This document shows, in pieces, positions 46,621 to 61,914 of a stretch of 64,000 nt of DNA. The DNA is from the human T2T-CHM13v2.0 reference genome, Homo sapiens. Each line of letters starts with the position of its first letter. The first letter of the stretch is position 1. The notes beneath the pieces are model-generated. The model was not told the DNA's origin and searched no databases. It saw nothing but the letters and a program-made list of their open reading frames with translations. A program made the translations under genes and the position numbers. The stretch lies in the NCBI RefSeq assembly GCF_009914755.1, contig NC_060926.1. The stretch is one strand, 5' to 3'.

Positions 46621-46895
46621 AAAATTTTACATCTATTTTTATTTTGGGATGCTATTCAAATCACACACACACTTACCCAAAAAGAATCAGTGAGTGTGAG
46701 AGAGAATAAGAGAAGTACACTAAAAACATCAAAAGAGATGGAGATTGCACTAGAGGGATTAGGATAAAAAGGGAAGGAGGGAAGGAGAGAGAGAGGGAGA
46801 AATGTCAAAAGTTATTAAAACTTTTCAAAATAAGTATTAATGTAAGAATGGTAGAAAAGATAATATGTTTTTCTCTTCATTTTGTGCCTTTCAAA

Positions 46896-47027
<132 letters not shown>

Positions 47028-48009
47028 TGGATCTCTGTAAGCTCTGGAGATTGCTCTACCTGCTCCTTCTGAGTGGCTCTTTTTCCAGCTTTTGGTAGTT
47101 TTCTCACACACATGGGCTGATCACTGCCCAGCTGAAGAATCTCTGCAAGGCAGCCTTAATCTACTTACAGGGTTTTTTGGAAATATAAATGAGAGATCCA
47201 ACTTATATTAAGTAAAAATAAAGTATTCATTGTCTCATAATACTGGAAAACTGAAGGATAAAACTCACTCAAGAGACTGGCTGCAGTAGCAAATGAGGTC
47301 ATCTCTTTTGTGCTCACTGTTGCTCTTCCTCCATCTATCCCTTTTCTCTCTCTCCTGTTCTCTTTGCTGATGCTAAATGATTTCTTGCTGGAGATGGCTT
47401 CCTCCAAACAGAGGGAAAGGTGGCCTGAAGCAATGGTGGCTGCTATCATCATCCTTCTAGTCTTTCCCTAGGTCCAAGTATCAAATCTCGGAGAAATTTA
47501 TTGGCCTGTTAGAGTCACATGTCCATTACTGAGCCAAGCATTGTGCATGGGAGGAGGTGTGTTCTGACAGGCAAGGCCTGGGTTAGCACTAGTTAAAACC
47601 TGTGAAATGAGCTCCTTGCAGGAGAAAGTAGTTTTATTACTAGAAGATGCTGAAGGAGGGAATTTGGGTCTACAAAACAGCAATGATCAATTCACCCAGT
47701 TTCCTCATCAGCAAAGTGGATAAAAAATTCTAAAATATGACCGGGTATTTATTAGGTACTTGGCTTATCATAAGTGCATGGTAAATGTGTTATTATTAAA
47801 TCTGAGCATAGTACCTCCAGTTGTCAGTAACTGCATTCACTTCTCTGTATTGCTAATCCTCAGTAAAGAAGTTTCTCCTTTGTTTCTCTGTGCCAAGAGT
47901 TGCTTGAATTCCTACCATGGGCCTCAGTTTCCAGGTAACTGGGTTCCCGATCATTTGCCATTGCCATTTCTCAAATGCACCTGTTTCTGCCTTGCCTAAG
48001 CAGAGATCT

Positions 48010-48470
48010 TTTGTAAGCATCAAACCAGCAGCAGGAAACAAATGGTCCACTCAAATTGGGTAATTTGAGTAGAGTTTATTGAGGAGATTATTTATAAAGG
48101 TATTAGCAGGTTATAGGGAAATCACAAGGAGTAGTGCAGTACCCTGGGCTAGTAGAAGGCCTGATGGGACAAAGGACAGAATGATGTTGGTGCTGGAGAG
48201 AGAGGGTCACCTGACAGGAGCAGGGATATTCAGCCAGCCTGTAGTGGCCCACGGAGAGGGAGCTGGTGAATAAATACCCTGGCCTTCTGCTCTCACTATT
48301 CTACCCTCTTTCTGATCTCCAATGCTCCCCATGGGGTGAATCCAATAAGAAGCTATAGTGCAAAAGAGCCTGTTTATACAGCCCAATAGGTCAGCCTCCT
48401 ACTTGGGGCACAGAGAAGAGTGATGAAGGGAATAGGGTGGACTGGAAGAACAACTGGGAAACATCAAGCA
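48010..48470. mobile_element. Old ERVL/MaLR-type LTR remnant
   Basis: caggaaacaaatggtccactcaaattgggtaatttgag...ttatttataaagg pattern; subfamily uncertain. Confidence 0.45.
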
Positions 48471-48785
48471 CGCCCTAGATCTTGGTCTTATTTTTTTCCC
48501 AAGATGAAATAACTTATTCCTGGTCATATTCACAAAACATGTGTCTGCTCTGGATTTTCCTGGTCTTGAGATAGGGAGCTCTGAATTTCTATAACCTGAA
48601 GTTGGGGAAGATTGCTAGCCATAGTCTGGTATTTAAGAAAGCAAAACACTGCTTGCAAATACCTGGACATTTGCAACCTGATAACAGGAGGTTTTGTTCT
48701 TTAGTTGTATCCCATGATTGGATCTTAGATCAAGCCATTCCTTGAAGCGGACAGCTTTTCTGGTTGCCTGGGGAGAATGAGCACC

Positions 48786-48813
48786 AAAAAAAAAAAAAAA
48801 AAAAAAAAAAAAA
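48786..48813 (+). repeat. Poly(A)28 run
   Basis: Uninterrupted A tract with no adjacent Alu or L1 body. Confidence 0.9.
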
Positions 48814-50257
48814 GAAGAGAGAGAGCTGTTACCTTACATGGAAAGAAGGTACTCATATGGAAGGAGGCTACGGGGGCGGGGGCTTCACAGATTCACCTTT
48901 CAGCATCTTTTACCAATATAAAATTCACCTCATTTTTCAAAGTGCTTACAGGGGAAGCCAAGGATGCAGGGCAGGGGAATAAAAATGGTAATAATAAAAG
49001 AGGGAGATGAGGTAAAAACAGATTGTTAGGAAATATACAGACAGATAAAAGTGAAGACAAAGGGGAGGGTGAAGTAATAACAAAATCAAAGTGATGAGTA
49101 CCAAAGATAAACGTGCAACTCGAAGCCAGAGGCAATCCCACCATTAGAGAGAAAAAGCAGGCCTTGGTCCAGTTTTTGCTGTGGAAGATGAACCAGGGGC
49201 CGAGCAGCTACCCATTATCACAGTTAGAGGACAATGCAGGCCTGGCCCAACTCTCTGCTCTTTATTTTGAATCCTACATTTTCCTTTCCGAAACACCTTG
49301 GAAGCCACTTAGCCAAGGTAAGAGGAAAAGAAAAAGGCAGCTATCTGGCAGGCCTGCCTGCACAGAGCAAGAGCTTTGCTGGGCCATTTGAGACAGGTAG
49401 GTGATTCAGACCGTATTGAAGGGAAGATCCCTGGGGTGGTTTGAGGATTTGGGATATGTTACCAAATATCTTGAAAGAAAAATCACAACCCAAGTGCCCC
49501 CTGGCTTAAGTGCATGTTTATTTTCACAGCCTTTGTCTTTCAGAGATCAGCACTCCATTGCTGTGTTGCTATTGTAAGGATGGAAAAAAATAGAACCATT
49601 TTAATGTTGTGCTGTTTGCATTTCCTGACAGTTAAGAAGCAGCCCCATTATTAGCTGGCAACACCGTTGTGACATTAGTGGTGACTTTGCTGCTTGGGAT
49701 TCAGCTCATGAAATATCTTCCTTCCTGGTACAATTTTTTTTTTTCCTTTTTCTTTTCTTTCATCTCTCATGTTTAATTCTCATGCAAATGACTAGCTAAA
49801 TGGCCATCTATGCTTTAGGTCTAACTGCTGGTCCAGGTTAAGAATGGGCTACCAAAGATGCTAACATATTAAGTTTGATGCAGTCTCAAAATACTAGAAC
49901 CCATGGAGCCACCTCCTCATGGCTATCCCTGATGGGCAAGGGAGCTGTCTTTGTCAGGGATGGGTAGGTGGGGTGTCACAACTTAGGGGGCTCAGGGAGG
50001 TCCTGACACAGAGAAAGAAGGACTTTTGTGTTGGTGGAGGTGTCAGAGCATGATGGGGCACAAGGTCTTGGAGGTTGTAGGGGGTGAGAGGGTCCGATGC
50101 AGAGTGCTGGAGACCAGTGGGAGGAGGAACATTCCTGCCAGGGATAGGGACAGTGGAGGCAACAGGAGAGTGATTCGATGAATAAATAAATTGAAGACAA
50201 TTGGAGCCAGCCTTCACATTATTTGGGAGAATAAATATACATATAGAAAGAGAGCCA

Positions 50258-50618
<361 letters not shown>

Positions 50619-52144
50619 TCATGGCTTTTAATATATGGGTATATAGAAGTAAATACAGATGTAAAATGTACACATGTATATGCTTGTGTGTGTGTATGTG
50701 TATTTTGCATGTTGCAACATTTCTCTAAGTGCTGGATTGTTTCAAAATAAAAACAAGAAAAATAATATGAGAGCAATAGTACTATTTCAAATGGAGTATA
50801 GTACTAATAATGTTATAGTGCCAACAACATGGTGTTATTGAAGGATTAAATGAGATAATTCATGCAGTGGATATAATATAATGCCTGGCACCCAGTAAGC
50901 TCTCAATAACTATTATTATTATCCCATGGGAGAAAAGCTTACAATGAACACTATTCTACATCTTATTCTTTTCACTAAAAATATATCTTAGAAATATTTT
51001 CATAACTGTACATACTTTTTAAAATTAGTAAATCTTGCTAGTGTTCTTTACTATATTACTTTTATAATTAGAAAAATAAAAAACAATCATCGTCGGGGGA
51101 TGATCTGCCTTAGTATGTCATCTGCTGATGACTCATAATTTAATTAATTCTTGTTGCTAATGGAAACCTCCCGGTGAATAAGGCTTAGTTGTATTTTAAT
51201 AGCAGTACGTAGTGGAGAGAATAAGAAAAAAAAAAATCCAACACCTAATCTATGGAAAAATGGATATTCACACTAATTTTTCCTACTTTTGTAAAGCTCT
51301 GAATCAAAATCACTGAGTAATGAAAGCAGCTGTCAAACTTCATTGCTTCAGTCTGTGAACAAACCCCTACAGGTCTGCTGCGACCAGTCACTATTCAGTG
51401 TGCTCGGGAGACAGCTGTGAACAAAACAGGCTCTCCCCTCATGAAGCTCTCTCCTCCTAGTCGGGGGAGATGGATAAGAAACAAGTAAACGCCCAACTTT
51501 CTGTGCTTCCTCAGTTAATAACAAATTAACATTAGATCTGTCCCTTTCCTTCATAAAGAAATGCAATTTGGTAACTTTTTTTAAAGTTTGTGCCTTATTA
51601 TTCATTTGACTTTTAGTAACCTTTTGAGCCTTGGTTCCCATATATCAAAAATGGAGATAATAATTATCTTATAAGGTTTTTGTAATCAAATATGTAAAAT
51701 GCCTGGCATAAAGCCAGCCCCTTTGCAGATGCTTGATAAATAGAAGCCATTATTACATGTTAAATTGTACAATTTTTGGTTCTTGTTTTTAAGACTAAAA
51801 GAAGATTGTTTTGATTTACAGTTACAGTACCCTAGGTTGGGTGTGTCACTGATATATCCCTAAATCTTATCAACCAGTGCCTACACCTCTAGTCATGTTT
51901 CCTTTACTGCCCTGTCACAACCTCTCACCAACAGGAATGAGGAGCCTGTTCTTCTACTGGGTTCCCTTCTAGAAGGAATCTCAAGAAATCTGTTATGGTC
52001 TCTTGTCACCTACCCTGCAGCCCACACTTTGAGTGATCACTTTGCACTGACTATAATTGTGTTTTCCAGGCAGCTTTTTCCAGAGGCCAGGGCTCTCACT
52101 GAGTTCTCCAAAGCTCACCAAGCCCAGACTTGACCTTGCAAGCC

Positions 52145-52480
52145 ATGCTAAGCATTTGGATCTTTATCCTGAGAATACTGGGAAACTGAAATGTTTAAGC
52201 AGGAGAACGACTTGACTTCATTTATATTGTAAAGGGGATTCTCAGGTTGCTGGTAAAGAATGGGATGGAAGATGAAAAGAGAAAGCCAGGAGAGGAAGAG
52301 GATCCTGTTGTCACCCAGGTGGAAAACAACAGAATCAGAATCAGGGTGGGAAACAGGAGAGGCAAACAAAGCACGAGCTTGAGCTTAAGGCTCTTTGGAG
52401 GCAGAATTGATAGTACTTGTTGATGGTTTCAGTGGAAGAGTGGGAAGGAACGGGGAAGTTTTCAGTTTGAACATTTTGGT
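52145..52480 (-). mobile_element. L2 remnant
   Basis: tttggatctttatcctgag...tttaagcaggagaacgac...ttcagtttgaacat. Confidence 0.6.
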
Positions 52481-53009
52481 GAATTTATATGGCTCTGCCA
52501 TTTACCAAAAATGAAAAGTAACATGATATTTAATAAAAACTTTACTAAGTGCCAATGGAATCAAGTTGAGTGCTTGACACTGCAGGGACCAGTGGGGGCT
52601 CTTCCGGCTTACAGCTGACCCTAAACAAACTTCAGGGTCCTGGCCCAGCCCCCGAAGGCCTCTCCATGGCCAGGAGCAGCTCACACTCCACACACAGGAC
52701 TTCTAGGCATCCGCAAGCCTCAGTCCTGTGCCCAACCATCAGTCCCCTTGAAGCAAATAAGCTTCTCTCCTTCTCTATCCTGAGGCGTGTTCATCCCCTC
52801 CTCACACTCACCTAGGGAATGGTCTCATTACACTGCGCAGCTACAGTGATCAGCAAAACACCCCAAAGCGCATTCCCCTTTACCCAAGTCTGGGCTGTTA
52901 GTCCTAAAGGGCAGTAAGTAGAGGAGAGTTCAGCCTACAAACACCATTTTATGGCTAATAAAGTTATTTAATTCTTCAAGAGCACAATGTGGTTAAGAAT
53001 GTCCATAAT

Positions 53010-53329
53010 GGCCGGGCACGGTGGCTCACGCCTGTAATCCCAGCACTTTGGGAGGACGAGGCGGGCAGATCACGAGGTCAGGAGATCAAGACCATCCTGG
53101 CTAACACGGTGAAACCCCGTGTTATTTAGTCTTTACTAAGAATATAAAAAATTAGCCGGGCGTGGTGGTGGGCGCCTGTAGTCCCAGCTACTCTGGAGGC
53201 TGAGGCAGGAGAATGGCGTGAACAAGGGAGGCGGAGCCTCGGCTCTTGCAATGAGCCGAGATCGTACCGCTGCACTCCAGCCTGGGTGAAAGAGCGAGAC
53301 TCCGTCTCAAAAAAAAAAAAAAAAAAAAA
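53010..53329 (+). mobile_element. Alu (AluY) with two short templated insertions
   Basis: accatcctggctaacacggtg and gaatggcgtgaac diagnostics; TSD gtccataat. Confidence 0.95.
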
Positions 53330-53984
53330 GTCCATAATTCCCAATATGAAGCAGAACACTCAACATCTTCCAGACTGCAGTGTCTGCACTCAGATGCATG
53401 GAAACTTCACCATCTTCTCCAGAAACAAGGGAGAGATACTTACCTCACATTTTAAAAAATAAAGGGACCATTCACTTGAATTAAAAAAATAAAAGCAACT
53501 TCCAAGACTCACTTGTTTTGGCAAACAAGCTAACAAACCATCTCCAGTGGGCGTCTTCCTAGGCATACTCGAGGAAGCCTTTCAATGGAATGAGCTTCTC
53601 CTTCCTGCTCTTACTCAAAGGCACTTGTCAGATCTGAAATGACACCAGATTTGCTTTCCAGAGCAGCTGTTACAAATGACTGGATTTAGAGCAAGGTATC
53701 TTTAAGACAGGGTCAGGAAAGGTGAACATTCCAAGGGGCATATTTCAGTGTGCAAGATTTTGTGTACCAGAAGGCCCTTGGTTCAATGCAAAGCCTAGTG
53801 AGGAGATTCCACACCATCCTAGTTCCCTTTGCCTTGTTTCCTTTGCCTCCCTGACTTTGACTCTGTGAGGTACCCATTTGTATCCTTCTCTGAGACTGGC
53901 ATTCACCTTCCCTTTGCCAGCCTCTCTGGCAGCAGCACTCAGTAGTAATACTCATATCCTTTGCTCAGCCCTTTCTGTGTACTC

Positions 53985-54190
53985 ATAGGCAGTGTGCTAA
54001 GTGCTTGATATGCATCATCTTATAACCCTATAATAATTCTGCGAGGCGGTGCTATCATTATACTCAGTTGACAAGTGAAAAACACCAAGTCGGAGAGACA
54101 AAGGTGTTTCCTTTCCCAGAGGTGACACATTTGATAAGGGTCAGAAGTCAGGTTTTCGTGACTTCCAAGCCCAAGCTCTTTCCACTCTGA
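53985..54190 (-). mobile_element. MIR SINE
   Basis: ggcagtgtgctaagtgct...gacttccaagcccaagctctttccact. Confidence 0.7.
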
Positions 54191-54458
54191 CTTCAGTCTT
54201 TTCTTGTTCCCTCTGGCTTGCACTTTCTCTTTTCAGCTCTGCATTCAGCTGACTTCCCCATAACAAATTGATCTTGCCCACTTCTCAGGTGCCCTGAGTG
54301 TTCCCTGGCAACCAGCTTGTCTTGAGGGCCTCATCTAACCATGTCATTGTGAAGTGCTCTCTGCTGCCCTGCCTGGCAACTTTTAACACCGGCCAGTTCC
54401 TTGTTCCATGCACATTTGCTAAGAGGAGCGTGGGTTTTTCACGTATTTCTCTCTCTCT

Positions 54459-54753
54459 CTTTTTTTTTTTTTTTTAAGACGGAGTCTTGCTCTGTCGCTC
54501 AGACTGGAGTGCAGTGGAGTGATCACTGCAACCTCCACTTCCCAGGTTCAAGCAATTCTCCTGCCTCAGCCTCCTGAGTAGCTGGGATTACAGGCACGCA
54601 CCACCACATCTGGCTAGAGACAGGGTTTCAACATGTTGGTCAGCTGGTCTTGAACTCCTGACCTCGTGATCCGCCTGCCTTGGACTCCCAAAGTGCTGGG
54701 ATTACAGGCCTCCCAAAGTGCTGGGATTACAGGAGTGAGTCACCGTGCCTGGC
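54459..54753 (-). mobile_element. Alu (AluS) lacking the middle linker, with a 25-bp duplication
   Basis: tggctagagacaggg junction; ctcccaaagtgctgggattacagg occurs twice. Confidence 0.9.
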
Positions 54754-57580
54754 TTTTCATGTATCTCTATTTTCATTAACCAGATGCTTCTGTGTTAACA
54801 TTTAAATTAAAATAAAAGCAATCAATTTTCAAGCTCAGGATCTAAGAATACATTTAAGGTCTCAAAAATGGATTGAAAAGAATGTAAATTTAACTTGTAA
54901 TTGGATACATGGAAAGTTAATGGGAAGTAAAGATATTTCAAATTCAGAATCCTTTGAGGCTTTTCCTAGAGATGAGAAATTATGACTTTTAAAAAGACTT
55001 TGTGTGTTTTTAATGTATATTTGCTTATAAATATATTCGTTCATGAAACTTTGCCAGAGTGTCTCAGGAATGCCAGTCTAAAATGTAAATTTACTATTTT
55101 GAGAAGGTTATTACTTCTTCAGCTTATTAGAAATAAGCCAGTGTGAGATCAATAATTACCTTTTGGAATGCTGAATTATTTACTGTATTTGATTATTTTG
55201 TGTTGCAGGAATATAGCAGGTGTTTAGGTAGATGAATTAGAAAGAGTACCTAAATTGCTTTTACCAGTTACAGAGCAGAGTGGAGAGGAATGTTATTTGA
55301 CTTAGGCTAACCTTGGAATTTTTCTTAAACACACAGTTGTTTGAGGCTTTACTCAATAAAATACTGTACTGGCACAATGAAATGGGTATCCCGTTTCCCT
55401 AAAGCTAATGACTTTCTAAAGCACTTGACTTTCCTACTGTAAGATTAGCACTATTATTTCCAGGCCAATCAATAGGCATAACTCCAAGATTAAAAGCAAT
55501 TTGGATCATTATTCTCTTTTCATTACATATTCATTATTTTCTGTTTGAATAAGACCTGTAATCAGTGTTATTTACCAATCTTTATGGCGAAATTTTAAAC
55601 TACTGATTGTTTCAGTCTTTGCAGGTATTAAATGCCATTTCAAATATCCTTTCAATAATTTTGTAGTTGCTAATGAAGTCCATTTTCCCAGATTTTTCAG
55701 TCCACTGAAAGAACATTGAACCCCCAAGAGTCTTTAAAAGGTATTTGTTGTTTAATTGGTGGCAGCTGTTCCTTAGAAAGTTACCTAAGTATATAAAAGT
55801 GCTTTTTCTCCCCTCTTTAATAGCTTTTTATCACCCTTTAAGGGTTATCCTTGAAATACATGCAGACTACATATGATGGTCTCCTGAAATGCTTTGATAT
55901 TGCAAATTTTAAATATTATAATTCTAACACATGCAAGAAATTATAGGACAGTACCCTTTAATTTTGGATTTAATTACTAAAGCTTTAATGAAATATATTC
56001 TCTTGGCTTTCTGGCTAGATTTTTTCAGGAAAAGTTATTAGTTTATTGTAGTTAATTCTAAAGCATGTACATTCTGAATTACTTGAATACAACAGTTTTT
56101 CTGCTTTGTCCTTGAATTCTTTCCAAAAATCATAAGGTATTGGATACACACAGTAATAGCAGATTTGCTTAAATGTCGCTATTAATCCAGTTTATAACCC
56201 CTAACATTTTGTACAAGGAATTTCAGAAAGAAACCCTTACATAGACATCTAATGTCCAGAATAACCAGAGCCAAACATAATGATTTTACAGTTGAAGGAT
56301 AGCCAAGACGCACATTTTCTGAGTGTGGTTTTACTGGGAGTCTGTGTGCAGATGAAATATGGCTTTTAAGAACATAATCTTCATGGAAAAGGCTTTTCTT
56401 GTCATAGCACTGGGCTGACTTTCAAGCCAAGGTCAAAGTACTTTCTGCAGGTCTATTTTTAGGTTTCCCATTTCTCAACAGAAGGCTCCCAGTTTTGAGT
56501 TAGCGCAACGCAGACTGGACTGTGCCCTAGAAGGAACAGGAATGCTTCCTCTTTGTGGCTTCCCCTGCATCTACCTGCAGACTTCTTGCTTTGCACAGCT
56601 CCAGGGTGAATGGGCATTCTCCTGCGGGCTGCCTTCTGTGGTCATCTTGCCCCAGCAAATGCTGTAGTCTCTCGTAAGGCAAAGGGCTATGCAGGGTTAC
56701 TTTCCTCTTGCTTCTTTTGGATTTTCTAAAAACGTGGCTACCTTACATTATTGCTATTAATCAAGAATTTTCCAGATCTTCAAACTGCAAACCCAAGGGG
56801 GGAAAAATGAGGTCAAAGTGATTTAATTTAGATTGAGGTGGAAGACACCAGGAAACGAGTATGTTAATCAAATATATCAAATGCTATTTCTTTGTCTTTG
56901 AAATTGAATACAGAGGACATAGAAGTCTGTAAATAAATTAATAAATTAATGCATGTATTTTGGTTTTATGTTATGGCTTTTCATCGAAAGCGACAGAAGA
57001 ATGAGGATGAAGAAAACCCGGAAGAAAGACAAGCAATCAACCTTGATATAGGCGGAAAATATCTACTATAATAATTATGTATCACTTTCCCAAAAAGGAA
57101 CACTAGATTGTTAAAAAGAGTAATCCCTGAATTTGTTATAAGTAGTGCTTTGATTTTATGAATATATGTTCTTAAAATATTTTCCTTTCCTTATTTTCTA
57201 GTGAGGAAAGATTTAAATATCCTATCCTGGATGCTGGAAACTGTTGCATCCTCTTCCCGCCAACCATTAACTTTTACTTCCTTGCATAACAGCCCCATCT
57301 TGTGGTTGTTTGTAAATTTTCCACTAAAGATATGTTGCATTTTCACAGTTACGGGCATAAGTGGAATCCTCCCTTTTACCTTTCCTAGTAGGCTGAATCA
57401 AATTAAGCAGGAAAGAAGAACGGGTATGCATGAATTCAATTTAAAAGGCCAAAAACTGGTGAGGGAAATACAGGGCAGGTATTCAACAAGGATTGTTTGC
57501 ATTAATGTTAAGTGAAGGCACAGTTATATTAATAGGTAAAAGGTAATACAATGAGTTCCCTCCAATGAGAGCATCATTAG

Positions 57581-57898
<318 letters not shown>

Positions 57899-57999
57899 CT
57901 CCTCCCTCATTATCTTAATAAAGCTTCTGATCTGGCACCTGTCTGCTTCACTAGGCCAAGGAGGCTTACCAGAGCTCATACAGAGCGCTGCAATTCCAA

Positions 58000-58450
58000 A
58001 CCCTTGTGCTGGGGAACACCCTTTGGTTTCACACGGCAGAAATACAATAGGAAATAGCTTCAGAAGAATGCGAAGGTAATGACTCAGGTAACCAGACAGC
58101 CAGAAGGACAGAGGAAATGGGTGATTCAGAAAGACCTGACACAGGGTTCTGAATGCCAGCAGGACTCTTTCTCCCTCCTGCGTCTCTGAGTGTTTTGCTC
58201 ATTGTCTTTTTCCCCTCTGCTTCTTTTCTGGCTCTTTACAGTTTCCAGGCTCACATCTGGGCTCATGGCTCTCTAACTGGAGAGAAGGAGCCCTCCTTTC
58301 CCATAAAGTTTTGAAAAAAAGCTAGGGAAGAAGTCTGATTGGCTTGTTTTGGGCCACATGACCACCCTTTGATCAATTGCAATGGTCAAGGGAGCTAGGC
58401 TCAGCTTGGGTAGGTTGTCCACCACTGAAGGGAACCAATCACTGTGGAGG
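58000..58450. mobile_element. Old MLT1-type LTR remnant
   Basis: tctgattggcttgttttgggccacatgaccaccctttgatcaat motif. Confidence 0.45.
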
Positions 58451-59086
58451 AGGATGTAGGGTCATGTGAAAAGATCAAGTTTTCACACAGAACACTTGTC
58501 TGGAGGGAGGGAGGGAGGGAAGGAGCCATTTGTTTAAAGAAGGAAGAGATGAATAAACCAACTTGGCTAATTGAAACAAACAGACTTCCTCCTTTCCTCT
58601 CCTGTCTATGCCTGGCACATCACTCAACAAATATTTGCTCGATAAATGAAAGATTTTCTAATTGAATAGAAGATCCTAGGGTAGGTGTAAATGGTAGTGG
58701 GGTGGGGATAGGGGTGTGTTTGCTATTTCCTGGAGCTGAAGAAACCACAAGGTTCCTTTCCTTCTAAAATTCTGGGTTTTTCCACTCCCTGGCTATGGCC
58801 GTATATGGTCTCCCCTCTTGCTTAGAGCTTACACCAAGAATGCTGGTTTTCATCTACTTGACTCAGTGAGCATCTTTTTTATCCTTTGGGTATCTTCTCC
58901 TCTGCGGTCCTGCCTTTAGTGTTTGCATGCTCACTCTCTGAGCCTCCCTGTACTCTCTGCCCGCATAGACCAGTACATGTAAGCCTTTTAAAAAAGAGTT
59001 TGATTGCTAATCACTCTGAGGAAAAGAGAAAATTTTAAGAACAGAATAAGCATGAGGAAGTTTCAAAGGTTCAATAATCTTTCTGA

Positions 59087-59403
<317 letters not shown>

Positions 59404-59837
59404 GATATAATTTTAAAATTATGAATAACATTGTGATAAATTATCTTGTGATATTTAACCACATCTTTGATCCTTAAAAGAGATTCCTGGAAACAGAATT
59501 ATTAAAGCATACAAATATTTTTATTATAAATTTATTTATTTCCCTCATTATACCAATTTTTAGAAAATACTAATACATAGAAGAAAATATAATTTATGAA
59601 GTCACTACAAGGAGATGGTAACTATTTTGTTGGATCATGTTTTTATGTGTACATATACTTTAAACAAAACAATAATTACAAAGACACTTTAATAATCTTT
59701 ATTCACTTAAACTCAAAATAACTTATTACTAAAAATTTTAAGTGATGATCTCATACCCTACTATATGGAGAAATATTATAATAAAATTCATCAATGCCCC
59801 ATTGTTGAATATTTAGATTGTTTCGAATTTAAGCTAT

Positions 59838-60153
<316 letters not shown>

Positions 60154-61914
60154 TAATGCACATATCCAACGTGGACATGAGGATGCATTAAAGGGGCATT
60201 ATAACTCTTACAGCTTTAGGCATATGGGCATCCATTTGTGCTCTTGCCTGGGCTTTACCAATGTTAGGGGTTGGCCTGGCTGCCAAGGCCCAGGTATTTA
60301 ATTCTAGATGTGGAAAGGCTTGGGGAAGAGGGGATTAGTAAGATGAGAAGACAGCACATCATTTGTGACTTTTTCTCTCTTGCTCTGGTAAAATGTAAAC
60401 AGAAGCAAAACCTCAGGTTGGGAAGCCAGCAGTGTAATTTGGCAACTCACTCGGAAGAGATGTGTTTGATGAGGAAGAGGTGAGATGATGGATACAGAGT
60501 TCCTGCGTGGCAACAGGCACTCAATAAATAGTTATTTTTCCTGAGAAGGAGAAGGGCGAGGCACCTTTACATATCTGGGCAAAAACACCTTTAAGCAGCA
60601 GTAAAACCTAAAGGAAGAACAGCACACTAGCACATGCAGATGAAGGAAAGAAAGCTTTGTGCGGCTTGCTTGTGTGAACGACAAGCCCAGGGGTTTTGTT
60701 TTCTTGTGTTTACGTAGGAAAATCACAGACAGGGACTTCCCAAGAGACTGTTTCTCTTAGCCACTGTCTGCTCCTAACAGTTACAAGAACTGTTCTTCCT
60801 CCCACAGCTGTGGCAGAAGCCTGCTTCTGCAGGGTCTCTGATGGGGAAGAACTGAGCTGTTTAGGATTGAACTGCCCACCTACTGTTAAGTAATGTTCTG
60901 TCTGTAACACAGGATTTCCACTTAGGAAAATGTGCTGTACACTTGGCTGCAGCATTTACTACGCATCTGCTTTACAAGCCTGTTCTGCAGCTCCAAGGCC
61001 TAACTCCAAACTGGCAAATGGTCTCTGAAGACTGCCATCAGAAAGAGCCAGGCCAGAGTTGGGATGGGGCAGGGTTAGCAACTAGTCTACTAGGAGGTCT
61101 GGTGGAATCAATTAGGAAAGTTAAGCAGGGGAGCTCATCAGCGGCTGATTGCCTCTCCTAGAACAACCCCAGCTCGCAAATACTCTCCAGAATCATTCAG
61201 GGAGCAGTGGGTCTGTAGAACTGGCCCTGCTGCAGTATTAAGCTGGAAGGTAGTAAATTCTTCTTATGGGCTTCCTTGAATCTGAGCTAAAGCCACAATT
61301 TCCTTAATAGTTTTCCAATAGCACTCCATCTCTTATTAAAAAGTACAGTTAATCTGGACCTTCCCTCCCACTCCCCTGTAATGTCAGAAAAGAAATGTGT
61401 TTCTGAAAATAAATGCTTCTTTTGCTGCGTGGCTATATTTCTTCAGGACTGTGGTTAGCAAATTGCTGCTGCACAACATAAAACCAAGCAATGAAACATA
61501 AGACATATGCCTTCTATAATACACTACTGATTAATACAGCTATTCTCTATCAAAAATACAAAAAGAGCCCCACCCAAATAGAGATCATGCCAACTTCCAC
61601 CACATCTTCTCCCTCCACCCCATAACAAAACACCCAAATCATTCAGTTTCCTAGGGAAATTTGGTTCTAAGCAACTCTTGAATCACAAATTACTTTTGAA
61701 AATGATGCTTATATTCCAAAAGAATCCTTAGATTCTATGGTGATAGATTATTTTGCAATGCCTAGCCATTCTGATATGTAGGAAGCAGAAAACTTGGTCC
61801 AGCAACAATAAAGAGAATAAAATTACCTGTATTCCTATCCCATAATACATCTTTTGAGCACAATTTAATTAATCTTCATTATGATCATTAGAGAAACTAA
61901 CAGATTTAAAATTA

